From: Patescibacteria group bacterium
GTDB taxonomy: Bacteria > Patescibacteriota > Patescibacteriia > UBA1558 > UBA10009
Assembly (NCBI GenBank): GCA_041662565.1
Contig: JBAZSE010000001.1
Coordinates: forward strand, 257,084-321,083
Reading direction: 5' to 3'
DNA length: 64,000 nt
Positions within the stretch are counted from its first letter, which is position 1. Each line of letters begins with the position of its first letter. Below, one piece after another: positions 36,408-46,332 of the stretch. Made by a program: the position numbers and the translations under genes. Under the pieces are notes generated by a model, which was not told the DNA's origin, did no database searches, and was given only the letters and a program-made list of their open reading frames with translations.

Positions 36408-37817
36408 ATGTTTTGGAAAAATAATTTATCAATACCAATAGGGGTTTTACTGGTAATATTATTAATGCCGTTATTTGGTGTTTTTTCACAAGAAGCCGCT
36501 TCAAACCAACTAACAGCGGAGCAAACCAAAGAATTGCAAACAGAATTGGATAAGATTGAATTTGAAATAGCTCAATACGAAAGCCAGCTTTCTTCGGTTA
36601 AATCGGAAAAAAACACTTTAAATAAAAAAATCAGCCAGCTTAAGTTGCAACAAAGCAAGCTTAAAGCCCAAATTAAGCAATCAACTTTAGCCATAAAAAG
36701 TTTGGAAAATCAGTTAACGGAGGTGGAAAAAGATATTCAAGCCCGGGCCGAAAAAGTTTCTTTGTTAAACAATTCGGTAGCAGAATTAATTAGGCAAATC
36801 AACCAAAAAGACCGTCATTCGATTTTGGCAATTTTAACCAATCAAAACGGTTTGGGTGCTTTTTTTGAATCTTTAAGCGAATACAAAAAAATCAGTGCCA
36901 GTTTAACAACAGCGGTAGAGGAATTAAAAGCTGAACAAGCGGCTTTGGCTGTTGACGGTGAAAAGCTTAATAACCAGCGAGATGACCAGCAGAATTTATT
37001 ATCTATCGTTAGTTTGCAAAATAAAGAACTTGCTTCCACTTTGGCCGAACGAAGCGATTTGTTGGCCAAAACCAAGGACCAGGAAAAAAATTATCAGGCC
37101 GTTTTGGCTGACCGTAAAAAACGTGCCGCTCAAATCAAAAGCCGGATTTACGAACTTTTGGGCATTAGCACCCAAGTTACTTTTGGTCAGGCCTTAGTTA
37201 TTGCTCAGTGGGCCGAAAGTCAAACAGGGGTTAGGGCGGCTTTTTTGTTGGCTATATTAACTCAAGAATCCAATTTGGGCAAAAACGTGGGTACCTGCAA
37301 TCGCGTTGGCGATCCACCAGAAAAAAGTTGGCAGGTAATTATGCCTGGTCCGATCCATTACGCTAACTATGTTAAAAACGGCAAATCCTGCGAAGGGGCC
37401 GATACCCCTTGCTCTTATCGTAATGACCAAGATGCTTTTGTTTCTATAACTTCCGAGCTAGGCATGGATCCTGATATCACTCCTGTTTCCTGCCCCATGA
37501 AAGATAGTAAGGGTAATCGGCTGGGTTGGGGAGGTGCCATGGGGCCGGCACAGTTTATTCCAACCACTTGGCTGGGGTATAAAGCCAAGGTTGCCGCTTT
37601 AACCGGCAAGGCCGCTAATCCTTGGGATATTAGGGATGCTTTTGCCGCGGCCGCCATTAAATTAAAGGCCGACGGTGCCGGCAGTAAATCCGGTGAATGG
37701 GCGGCGGCTATGAAATATTTTTCAGGTTCAACCAATACCAGGTATCGTTTTTACGGGGATAATGTGGCAGCTACAGCTGAAAAATACCAGCAGGATATTG
37801 ATGATTTAGCTAATTAA
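36408..37817 (+). CDS. Coiled-coil lytic murein transglycosylase (SLT_2-like)
   Basis: Long coiled coil followed by AILTQESNLG, GGAMGPAQFIPTTW and PW-x-x-x-DA motifs. Confidence 0.88.
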   Translation: MFWKNNLSIPIGVLLVILLMPLFGVFSQEAASNQLTAEQTKELQTELDKIEFEIAQYESQLSSVKSEKNTLNKKISQLKLQQSKLKAQIKQSTLAIKSLENQLTEVEKDIQARAEKVSLLNNSVAELIRQINQKDRHSILAILTNQNGLGAFFESLSEYKKISASLTTAVEELKAEQAALAVDGEKLNNQRDDQQNLLSIVSLQNKELASTLAERSDLLAKTKDQEKNYQAVLADRKKRAAQIKSRIYELLGISTQVTFGQALVIAQWAESQTGVRAAFLLAILTQESNLGKNVGTCNRVGDPPEKSWQVIMPGPIHYANYVKNGKSCEGADTPCSYRNDQDAFVSITSELGMDPDITPVSCPMKDSKGNRLGWGGAMGPAQFIPTTWLGYKAKVAALTGKAANPWDIRDAFAAAAIKLKADGAGSKSGEWAAAMKYFSGSTNTRYRFYGDNVAATAEKYQQDIDDLAN

Positions 37818-38005
37818 AAATTAAGTATCAGGTATTAGTGATCAGATGACATTGTTTTAGTTTATAGTGTTTAACCCGAATGTTGTTGGGTAAAACACTT
37901 TTTTATTTTTTAGCTGATTTGACAAAATTCAATTATTGTAGTATAGTTAAATGTTTCGTTCGTAAACATCAAAAAAATGCCCAAAAACGGGTAAGAAAGG
38001 CCAAA

Positions 38006-39352
38006 ATGAAGAAAATCTGGTTGCTATCTCTTGCCATTGTTGCGATAATCGTCATTATTGCAATATTTGCAAATCGTCAGACCGTTAACATTGAACCAAC
38101 GGAAACGGTAATGATTGATTCAACGGAGCAGGCATCTGCTGCTGTTACAAGTCCTACTTCCTCGGAAGTGATTACCAGTAGTCCTTTACCTGAAATTCTT
38201 GATTCAACTGATGAATCAATTCGAATTAAGCTTGATCAGGTTCGGGTAGTTGCTCGTGAGGACACTTTGATTATTATGGCTAGGCAGGAATCTACTGATG
38301 AACAATCAGCGCGCCTTGCCGTCAAAGTTGAGCCGGTTGTGGAAGTTGAAGATGAAGTTGACTTGGTTCAAACCATCGCCACTCCAGCGAAGATGATTGT
38401 TCAAGAAGTAATTCTTGGTCAAGGCCAAGATACTCTTTGGTCCGATGAACGTCCTTCACCTTGGAAACGAGTTGCTGGTTCAAGCGGTGTGGCTAAAGGA
38501 GCGTTGGTTGATTATCAGTATAGTTACGGCGATCGACCTGTAAAAAAGGTGGAATATGTCGTAATTGGCAATCAACTTCAGATTTTGAGCGAGGAATTGA
38601 TTCAAGCCATGCTTGAGCAATACCGGCAGAATCTCGCTAATGTTTCTGCTACCGAAACAGAAGAATTTGATCTGATTGTAAATCTTGATTTGTCCGGCTC
38701 TTCAGCCAATTCAAATTCGAGCAACAATTATCGTTTTGCTCGAGTTGATGAGGTTGAGTGGTCAACTGATAAGATTAAGGTCATGGAGTTTACGCTTCGT
38801 GACCAAAATCCTGATTTAAGTGAGTTACTTGGTCAGATTAAATCTGAGTTGTCTTCTTCGGTTGTTGACCTTCCTTTTGTCCAGGTTGTAATTCATGTGA
38901 TTCGACTTGGACAGGCAACGCCAAATTTGGCTATTCAAACGGGGGAAAGCGTTCCTAACTGGCTTAAGCCGGATGGGATCTATGCTTTCTCAGCGAATTT
39001 CCAAGGCGATAATGATTATAATCCAAACTTACCGAAACCATTTACCGGAAAATTGTCTGAGTTTGGCGTTTATTGGCATTTGATAGAACTTTCAGAAATT
39101 TCTTTTGCAGTGCCATTGATTGCCCGATTGGCGATTAATAACCATGGACATTTGGTTGGAGTTATAGATGGAGTCACCTTCCAAATAATGATCTATGGGT
39201 TTCGGGTCCAGTTTCCTGTTATAGGTATAAGGTCAGAATTTGGCACAAATGGCATAACCAGCGTATCCGAATTGGGTATTTTTTCTTCAATACAGTCTGG
39301 TTCATACTATGGTCAATCCATTCATTTGCCCACTATCACTTACGAGTGGTAG
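38006..39352 (+). CDS. Membrane-anchored hypothetical protein (ORFan)
   Basis: N-terminal TM and a Ser/Thr/Glu-rich linker; atypical codon use (many CTT/CGA/TCA); own TTGACA promoter and terminator. Confidence 0.7.
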   Translation: MKKIWLLSLAIVAIIVIIAIFANRQTVNIEPTETVMIDSTEQASAAVTSPTSSEVITSSPLPEILDSTDESIRIKLDQVRVVAREDTLIIMARQESTDEQSARLAVKVEPVVEVEDEVDLVQTIATPAKMIVQEVILGQGQDTLWSDERPSPWKRVAGSSGVAKGALVDYQYSYGDRPVKKVEYVVIGNQLQILSEELIQAMLEQYRQNLANVSATETEEFDLIVNLDLSGSSANSNSSNNYRFARVDEVEWSTDKIKVMEFTLRDQNPDLSELLGQIKSELSSSVVDLPFVQVVIHVIRLGQATPNLAIQTGESVPNWLKPDGIYAFSANFQGDNDYNPNLPKPFTGKLSEFGVYWHLIELSEISFAVPLIARLAINNHGHLVGVIDGVTFQIMIYGFRVQFPVIGIRSEFGTNGITSVSELGIFSSIQSGSYYGQSIHLPTITYEW

Positions 39353-39524
39353 TCATAAGAGGTAATACAGACGTTCAGTGTAAACTGGACGTCTTTTTTT
39401 TGATGTTTTTGATTTAAGGGCTTTAAAACTTGACAAAATTCAAAAAATAAATTACAATATTGTCTATTACCTTGAGAATTGCGGGTTTTCGTGATTCTTT
39501 TAATTTATAGGGGCAAAATTTACT

Positions 39525-41327
39525 ATGGAAATCAGAAATATAGCCATTATCGCTCATGTTGACCATGGCAAAACAACTTTAACCGATGCTTTAATGAAGC
39601 AAACCGGCATGACCGATGGCACAGTAACCATGGACAGCAATACTTTGGAAAAAGAACGGGGGATTACCATTTATTCCAAAAACACCTCGGTTTTTTACCC
39701 TTCGGCAAGCTCAGGGCGTGCCGTTACCAAAATCAACATCGTGGATACTCCGGGACATGCCGACTTTAGTTCGGAAGTGGAACGTATTTTAAGATCCATT
39801 GATTGCGTTTTATTATTGGTTGATGCGCAAGAAGGCCCCATGCCTCAAACCAAATTCGTCCTAAAAAAATCCTTACAACTCGGCTTAAAACCTATTGTGG
39901 TTATTAACAAGATTGATAAACCGGCTGCTAGGCCTTTGGAAGTTCAGGAAATGGTTTACGAATTGTTTTTGGATCTGGGCGCTAGTGATGAACAGTTGGG
40001 TTTTCCGGTAATTTTTGCCGCTTCCAAATTGGGCTTGGCTAAAATGAAATTGGAAGAAGAAGCCAAAGATTTAACTCCTCTGTTAGATTTGATTTTGGAA
40101 AAAGTGCCAAGTATTTCGCCGGAAGCCGTAGCCCAGCCATTTGCCGCTCAGCCGTTTAACCTGGCTTATGATAATTTTTTGGGTAGGTGCGCTATTTGCC
40201 GGGTTTATGCCGGCACAGTTAAAGATGGTCAAACAGTTTCCGTTATCAACGGTTCCGCTCGCACTGGAAAAATTACCAAACTTTTTACTTTTCAAGGATT
40301 AACCAGGCAGGAAGTGGCAGAATCCCAAGCCGGGGATATTGTGATGATTGCCGGCATTCCGGATATTGAAATAGGTGAAACCATTGCCGCCTCTTCTTCA
40401 CAAAAACCTTTACCCGCTATTTCTATTGATGAACCGACAATTTCTTTGAATTTTTTAGTCAACAATTCGCCGTTTGCCGGACGCGAAGGTAAATTTGTTA
40501 CCAATCGCCAGATTAAGGAAAGATTGGAAAAAGAATTGGAAGTTAACGTTGGCTTAAAAATCGATTTTTCCGATAATGCTTTTTACAATGTTTGCGGCCG
40601 CGGTGAACTTCATATTGCCATTTTACTGGAAAACTTAAGGCGCGAGGGCTATGAGTTGCAGGTTTCTCAACCCCAGGTAATTATTAAAGAAGTTAATGGT
40701 CAAAAATTAGAGCCGTTTGAAGAAGTAACGATTGATGTGCCCGAGGCCTCTCAGGGCACGGTGATTGAAAAAGTTTCCAAGCGAAAAGGCCTGCTAACTG
40801 ATTTAAAAACCCATAACGGCCAAACTCGATTGGTTTTTGAAATGCCTACCCGCGGTTTGCTTGGTTACCGCAATGAATTTGTAGTTGATACCAGAGGCGA
40901 AGGCATATTATGTACTCATGTTTTGGGCTTTAAACCTTATGCCGGTGAAATTGAAAGAACCGAACTGGGAAGCATGATTTCTATGGCAACCGGCAAGGCC
41001 TTGGCTTTTTCTTTGGCTAATTTGCAGGAAAGAGGCACTTTGTATATTACCGCCAATACCGAAGTTTACGAAGGCATGGTTATCGGCAACGCCGCTAAAG
41101 GCAACGATATGGCTGTTAATCCCATTAAGGGCAAACAGTTAACCAACATGCGCGCTTCCGGATCGGATGATGCTATTAAGCTGGTAACCCCCATGGAAAT
41201 AACACTGGAAACCGGCTTGGCGATTATGAATGAAGATGAATATTTGGAAGTAACTCCTAAAAGCGTGCGTTTGCGCAAACAGTATTTAACCGAAAATGAA
41301 CGGGTCAGATACAAGCGCAAAAATTAA
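39525..41327 (+). CDS. typA: Translational GTPase TypA/BipA
   Basis: [27 protein letters not shown] and EVTP-x-x-x-RLRK motifs. Confidence 0.97.
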   Translation: MEIRNIAIIAHVDHGKTTLTDALMKQTGMTDGTVTMDSNTLEKERGITIYSKNTSVFYPSASSGRAVTKINIVDTPGHADFSSEVERILRSIDCVLLLVDAQEGPMPQTKFVLKKSLQLGLKPIVVINKIDKPAARPLEVQEMVYELFLDLGASDEQLGFPVIFAASKLGLAKMKLEEEAKDLTPLLDLILEKVPSISPEAVAQPFAAQPFNLAYDNFLGRCAICRVYAGTVKDGQTVSVINGSARTGKITKLFTFQGLTRQEVAESQAGDIVMIAGIPDIEIGETIAASSSQKPLPAISIDEPTISLNFLVNNSPFAGREGKFVTNRQIKERLEKELEVNVGLKIDFSDNAFYNVCGRGELHIAILLENLRREGYELQVSQPQVIIKEVNGQKLEPFEEVTIDVPEASQGTVIEKVSKRKGLLTDLKTHNGQTRLVFEMPTRGLLGYRNEFVVDTRGEGILCTHVLGFKPYAGEIERTELGSMISMATGKALAFSLANLQERGTLYITANTEVYEGMVIGNAAKGNDMAVNPIKGKQLTNMRASGSDDAIKLVTPMEITLETGLAIMNEDEYLEVTPKSVRLRKQYLTENERVRYKRKN

Positions 41328-41362
41328 AACGTCGTTGTTGTAAAATTTATGGTAATTTCACC

Positions 41363-41389
41363 GTAGAGGCGGGGTAACCCCGCCTCTAC
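41363..41389. repeat. GTAG-type REP palindrome
   Basis: GTAGAGGCGGGG-TAA-CCCCGCCTCTAC with perfect 12-bp arms. Confidence 0.75.
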
Positions 41390-41480
41390 TTTGTTTTCGA
41401 TAATAATGGTTTTATCATACCGTTTTAATTTTTGCGCTTTTTGTGTTATGATTAAGGTATAATTATTAACCTTTTAATAT

Positions 41481-41690
41481 ATGCAGGATAATAATATGTG
41501 TTCCGGCAAGGGCTGTTGCCCATGCCCTCATCATAAAATCATCTCGGTGTTAATCACCCTGTTTGGTTTGCTTTTTTTGCTGGGCGCTATGGAAATTTTT
41601 AGCGAAACAACGGTTGGTTTTGTTTGGCCGGTTTTGGTTATTATAGCCGGTTTGTTTAAAATGACTTCCAATAAGTGTAAGTGTTGTTAA
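41481..41690 (+). CDS. Small two-TM protein with Cys/His-rich termini
   Basis: CCPCPHH...KCKCC; WP-x-x-x-I-x-x-G pattern. Confidence 0.75.
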   Translation: MQDNNMCSGKGCCPCPHHKIISVLITLFGLLFLLGAMEIFSETTVGFVWPVLVIIAGLFKMTSNKCKCC

Positions 41691-41746
41691 GAATTTAGCA
41701 TATTTAAAAACCCCGCCCTTTGTAAAGAGCGGGGTTTTTGTTTTAT

Positions 41747-42385
41747 TTAAGAGTTCGGCGCCAGTTGATTTATGGCTAGGGCGGCGTCTTTATTTTCTAC
41801 AATAATCGTTAATTCGGAAGATGAAGAAATCACCTCAATGATGTTTATTTTTTTAATGGCGATTTTTTTAATTAAACTGTAAATAATGTTGGGCTCTGAA
41901 AGGTAGCTAAGCGGAAATTTTAATGAAATGCCGGTAAGGTTTTTTTTGTGAAAAAGGTGGTTTGGGCCGAAATCGTTTTTTATTCTGGCCATGGATTTTT
42001 GATCGCCAACCATGGTAATTTCGGTGATGCTTTGGGTAATGGCCAAAAAGTTTTGTTCCTGATGAGCCAGTTGTTTGTAAGAGTGGGAAAGTTTTTGTAA
42101 AAAAACCGAGGTTTTTTCGTAAGACAATTCTTCCAAATCAGCGTAAACCGCCAGACGGGAAATTTTTAAGTTTTTCTCTTCTGCTTGTTCCGGCAAACTT
42201 TTGGCTATTCTGGAAAGGGTAACCACGATAGAGCTGGTTTTGATGTTTTTTTTCGTTAAAACTTCAACTTTACTTTTGATTTTTTTGGCATAGGCCGAAA
42301 GGTTAATTAAACCCTTTTTTAAAGGAGAGTGAAGTTCCATGTCTTGTTCCACCAGATTTTTTACCGCTTCAGATATTTTTAACAT
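41747..42385 (-). CDS. ACT-domain putative amino-acid-responsive regulator, divergent from lysW
   Basis: N-terminal GLINLSAYA...VTLSR helical domain; C-terminal ACT-like INIIEVISSSSELTIIV. Confidence 0.7.
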   Translation of the reverse strand: MLKISEAVKNLVEQDMELHSPLKKGLINLSAYAKKIKSKVEVLTKKNIKTSSIVVTLSRIAKSLPEQAEEKNLKISRLAVYADLEELSYEKTSVFLQKLSHSYKQLAHQEQNFLAITQSITEITMVGDQKSMARIKNDFGPNHLFHKKNLTGISLKFPLSYLSEPNIIYSLIKKIAIKKINIIEVISSSSELTIIVENKDAALAINQLAPNS

Positions 42386-42502
42386 ATTTGTTATAAATTA
42401 AACATTTAGTAAATATATTGTAACAAATTCATAAAAATTTTACAAGCTGGCATTAATCCGATAAATTATTGTTAGTATTATCATAATTTAATTGTTTAAT
42501 AT

Positions 42503-42736
42503 ATGTCTAACTTAACCGTTTCCTGTCCGTGGGATGATTGCCAAAATTTAGTTGCCATTGCCGATTCCGCTCAAGAAAGCGATGTTTTGGTTTGTCGCAC
42601 AAACGAGCAAACACCAGCCAATGCCCAAGGTTGTAACCGCAATGTGGAAGTAACCTCATTGGTTAAAGCAGAAAATAATTTGCCTGTTTCAGCCGTGCTG
42701 AGCCCTTTGGCAGTAAGCGAAGATTGGGGAGAATAA
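42503..42736 (+). CDS. lysW: Amino-group carrier protein LysW/ArgW
   Basis: Small, acidic, four Cys, with the diagnostic C-terminus EDWGE. Confidence 0.92.
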   Translation: MSNLTVSCPWDDCQNLVAIADSAQESDVLVCRTNEQTPANAQGCNRNVEVTSLVKAENNLPVSAVLSPLAVSEDWGE

Positions 42737-42741
42737 CAACT

Positions 42742-43596
42742 ATGCCAAATCTTATCGCTTTATTGCATACCGGCATCCGTGAGGAAGAGCGGATGATTTT
42801 GGAAAAAGCTAAAGAACTGGGAGTGGCCATGGAACCCTTGGACGCCCGAGGTGTTGTTTTTGGTTCTCAAAATAGAGATTCTTTTACCAAATACAGTTTG
42901 GTTTTACAGCGTTGTGTGGCGGCCAATAAAGCCGAGAATGTTTTGTGGTATTTTGAAGAAATGGGAATTCCGGTGGTTAACAGCTTAGCCATTTCTGAAT
43001 TGTGTAAAAATAAATTCGCCACTTCTTTAAGGTTATTTGAAAAAGGTGTGCCCACTCCACGCTTTGCTTTGGTTTTTAACGAAGCATCCGCTTTAAATGC
43101 GGTAAAAGATTTAGGCGGTTTTCCGGTGGTGATTAAGCCCATCAAGGGTACTTCTTGGGGCCGGTTAATGGGTAAGGTTAATGATGCCGATGGCCTAGAA
43201 ATGATTTTGGAACACAAAGAAGCCATGGGCGTTAATCATCAATCGTTTTATTTACAAGAATATATCAATAAGCCGGGAAGAGATATTAGAATTTATGTAG
43301 CTCAAGGTGAAGTGTACGCCGCAATATATCGTTTTGCCCCCCATTGGATAACTAATACGGCCAGGGGCGCCACGGTAGAAGTTTGCCCAATTACGCCCGA
43401 GATTCAAGAACTGGGCAAAAAAATCCAATCAGCTATGGGTAATGGATTATTGGCCGTTGATCTTTTTGAAAGTGAACAGGGTTTACTGGTTAATGAAGTT
43501 AACGATAATATGGAATTTAAAAACGTGGTAAAAATTACAGGCCAGGATGTGCCTAAGAAAATTATTGAATACTGTCTGTCAGTCATGAAGAGTTAG
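42742..43596 (+). CDS. lysX: ATP-grasp LysW ligase LysX/ArgX
   Basis: SWGRL, QEYI-x-KPGRDIR, AIYR-x-x-x-HWITNTARG and NEVN-x-x-MEFKN motifs. Confidence 0.93.
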   Translation: MPNLIALLHTGIREEERMILEKAKELGVAMEPLDARGVVFGSQNRDSFTKYSLVLQRCVAANKAENVLWYFEEMGIPVVNSLAISELCKNKFATSLRLFEKGVPTPRFALVFNEASALNAVKDLGGFPVVIKPIKGTSWGRLMGKVNDADGLEMILEHKEAMGVNHQSFYLQEYINKPGRDIRIYVAQGEVYAAIYRFAPHWITNTARGATVEVCPITPEIQELGKKIQSAMGNGLLAVDLFESEQGLLVNEVNDNMEFKNVVKITGQDVPKKIIEYCLSVMKS

Positions 43597-43602
43597 TTTT
43601 AA

Positions 43603-43755
43603 GTCGGCTGAGATTGGTAATTTTTTTCGTAACGGGACTGTGTGAGCCGAAATTACATCGCGCAACCAAAGTCGCTAAAAGGAGCATTAGATTAAATCAA
43701 AGCACAAATGGTAGGCGAGTTTCGCGAGCGGAAAAAATTAGCAATTTCAGCCGAC
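43603..43755. repeat. MITE-like inverted-repeat element between lysX and lysY
   Basis: GTCGGCTGAGATTGGTAATTTTTTTCG ... CGGAAAAAATTAGCAATTTCAGCCGAC, arms of about 27 bp. Confidence 0.75.
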
Positions 43756-43775
43756 ATTTTAGTAGAGATATTTTT

Positions 43776-44819
43776 ATGAATCAAGAAAAAATAAAAATAG
43801 CCATAGTTGGCGCCAGCGGTTATGCCGGCGGGGAATTATTAAGGATTTTACTCAATCATCCTTTGGTTGAAGTTGTTCAAGCCACTTCACGCAAGTTTTT
43901 TGGCAAAAAAGTTGCTTTGTTGCATCCAAATTTGCGCGGGCTTACGGATTTAAAATTTTGCCAACCCGCTGAACTAGTTAAGTGCGATTTGCTTATTTTA
44001 GCCACGCCCCATGGCGAGGTCATGGGCAATTTGGATCATTATTTAAAATTAGCCGATAAAATTATTGATTTATCAGCTGATTTTAGATTAAAAAATCCGG
44101 CTGATTATCCTAAATGGTATAAGCTTAATCATCCTGCCCCCAATTATTTGCCTAAATTTATCGGCGGTTTAGCCGAGCTTTATCGTGAGCAAATTAAAAC
44201 TGCCAATTTGGTATCTTGTTACGGGTGTGAAGCCACTTGCGCCATTTTAGGGCTTTATCCTTTATTTAAAGAAGGGGTAGTGGAAAATCATCAGGTTTTT
44301 TTGGATGTTAAAATAGGTTCCAGTGCGGCCGGGGCCGAAAGTTCCAGTTCCAGTCATCATCCCGAAAGAGCCGGCGCTGTTCGCTCTTATAAACCAACCG
44401 GGCACAGGCATATGGCCGAAATTTCTCAAGAATTGGGTAGCAACAAAGTTTATCTTTCCGCCACAGCGATTGAAATGGTTAGAGGTATTTTAATCACTTC
44501 GCAAATTTTATTAAATAAGGATTTAACCGAAGAGGATATTTTAGGCATTTACCGCAAGTTTTATTTAAACGAACCGTTTATTAGAATCATTCGCGATAAA
44601 ATGGGCTTGTATCGTTTTCCGGAACCAAAGATATTAGCCGGCAGTAATTTTTGCGATATTGGTTTTGAAAAAGAACAGGGGACTAATCGTTTGGTAGTTG
44701 TTTCGGCCATCGATAATTTGGTTAAAGGTACGGCTGGTCAGGCCATTCAGGCATTAAATATTATGTACGGCTTTGAAGAAAGAATTGGTTTGGAATTTCC
44801 CGGGCTTCATCCAATATAA
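43776..44819 (+). CDS. lysY: LysW-aminoadipyl/glutamyl-phosphate reductase LysY (ArgC family)
   Basis: GASGYAGGEL, DLSADFRL, GC, HHPER-x-x-x-VRSYKPTGHRH and DNLVKG-x-AGQA motifs. Confidence 0.93.
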   Translation: MNQEKIKIAIVGASGYAGGELLRILLNHPLVEVVQATSRKFFGKKVALLHPNLRGLTDLKFCQPAELVKCDLLILATPHGEVMGNLDHYLKLADKIIDLSADFRLKNPADYPKWYKLNHPAPNYLPKFIGGLAELYREQIKTANLVSCYGCEATCAILGLYPLFKEGVVENHQVFLDVKIGSSAAGAESSSSSHHPERAGAVRSYKPTGHRHMAEISQELGSNKVYLSATAIEMVRGILITSQILLNKDLTEEDILGIYRKFYLNEPFIRIIRDKMGLYRFPEPKILAGSNFCDIGFEKEQGTNRLVVVSAIDNLVKGTAGQAIQALNIMYGFEERIGLEFPGLHPI

Positions 44820-44832
44820 TTTTTATTTTTAT

Positions 44833-45639
44833 ATGATTTTAGTAAAAATTGGCGGTGGACAGGCAATAAATTTTGATTATATCGTTTCTGATATTGCCGA
44901 GCTTATTAAAAAAGGCGAACAATTTATTTTAGTGCACGGAGCTAATTATGAAAGAAACGAACTGGCTCGCAAACTGGGCATTGAAGTTAAAAAAATTACC
45001 GCTCCTTCGGGTATTTCTTCGGTTTACACCACGCCCCAGGTAATGGAAACAATTTTAATGAGCTACGCCGGGCTGGTTAATAAAAAATTAGTGGCTAAAT
45101 TGCAAAGCTTGAATGTTCCAGCTATTGGTTTAACCGGTGCAGATGGGCGGTTAATTGAAGCTGAAAGAAAAGAATTAATATTATCCCAAGAAGGTGAACG
45201 AGTTAGAGCCATCAGGGATGATTTAAGCGGTAAAGTAGTTAAAATAAATACCAATCTGTTGGAACTTTTATTGGCTAATAAATATGTGCCTGTTTTAACC
45301 ATTCCGGCTATAACCGCTTCAGGGCAGTTGCTTAATGTTGATAACGACCAGTTTTGCGCTATGCTGGTTAAAAGTTTAAAAATCAGTAGAATGGTTTTTT
45401 TATTTGAAGAAAAAGGTTTATTAAAAGAATCCGATAATCCCGATTCTGTGGTAAAAAAAATAACTTTTGCCAATTTAAATCAAGCTATGGCTTGGTCTAA
45501 CGGCCGGATGAAACAAAAGATATTGGGTGTTATTGGTTCATTACAAACCGGAGTTAAAGAAATTTATTTTGCCGATGGCCGAATAGAGCAGCCAATTTCC
45601 AATGCTTTAGCCGGCGAAGGCACGATTATCACCAATTAA
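44833..45639 (+). CDS. lysZ: LysW-aminoadipate/glutamate kinase LysZ (ArgB family)
   Basis: VKIGG, VHG, SPG-like SG-x-x-S-x-YT, GLTG-x-DG, NVD-x-D and GRMK-x-K motifs. Confidence 0.9.
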   Translation: MILVKIGGGQAINFDYIVSDIAELIKKGEQFILVHGANYERNELARKLGIEVKKITAPSGISSVYTTPQVMETILMSYAGLVNKKLVAKLQSLNVPAIGLTGADGRLIEAERKELILSQEGERVRAIRDDLSGKVVKINTNLLELLLANKYVPVLTIPAITASGQLLNVDNDQFCAMLVKSLKISRMVFLFEEKGLLKESDNPDSVVKKITFANLNQAMAWSNGRMKQKILGVIGSLQTGVKEIYFADGRIEQPISNALAGEGTIITN

Positions 45640-45674
45640 ATTAATCCATTCCTTATTAATTATTTACTTCCCCT

Positions 45675-46331
45675 ATGTGCCGTTTTCTTATTATTAATCA
45701 ACAAGAGCCAAAAAACATTCAAGAATATCTTGTTCCCTTTGCAACCAGTTGCCAGCAAAGCGAACGCTGGCAAGGCGACGGTTGGGGAATCTCTTGGTTG
45801 GATAAGGGAGTTTGGAAAACTTATTATTCTTTAAAACCGATCTGGGAAGATCAAAAAAATTTCAGTCAGATCCCCATTAGCCAATTATTTTTAATCCATG
45901 CTCGGGGTTCTTCTTTTCCTAAAGATAAAGGCAATTTGGAATATAACCAACCGTTTATCAAGGGCAATTTGGCCTTTGTGTTTAACGGATTTTTAAATGG
46001 CGTTAAATTATCCCAACCAATTGAAGGCAAGGTTGGTTCGCAAAAGATTTTTAATTTATTACTTTCCTCATCCGGTTCTTTGGCTGCTGAAAAATTACAG
46101 CAAGCCACAAATGCCTTGCTTGGTAATTCTTCCATTGTTGAGGCCTTAAATATCGGCTTAGCCACACCTCAAGAAATTATTTTATTTAATCATTTTATTA
46201 CCCAAGGGACTTATCACCAGCTTTATAATTATCACACCAATAATTTAAGATTGGTTTCTCTGGAACCTTTTGGTGATTTTGCTTGGCAGGCCTTGCCTCA
46301 TGATCAGGTTATTAATATTCCGGTTTTGTAA
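45675..46331 (+). CDS. Class II glutamine amidotransferase-like Ntn hydrolase (EgtC/YafJ family)
   Basis: N-terminal MCR (Cys2 nucleophile), DGWG, PIWED, HAR, NQPF and FNG motifs. Confidence 0.88.
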   Translation: MCRFLIINQQEPKNIQEYLVPFATSCQQSERWQGDGWGISWLDKGVWKTYYSLKPIWEDQKNFSQIPISQLFLIHARGSSFPKDKGNLEYNQPFIKGNLAFVFNGFLNGVKLSQPIEGKVGSQKIFNLLLSSSGSLAAEKLQQATNALLGNSSIVEALNIGLATPQEIILFNHFITQGTYHQLYNYHTNNLRLVSLEPFGDFAWQALPHDQVINIPVL

Positions 46332-46332
46332 T

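Noticed and set aside
43614-43775. N-terminal extension of LysY (and the analogous one at 52985-53059)
   Set aside because: The extensions run through MITE-like hairpins; homology starts at the downstream ATGs (43776 and 53060).
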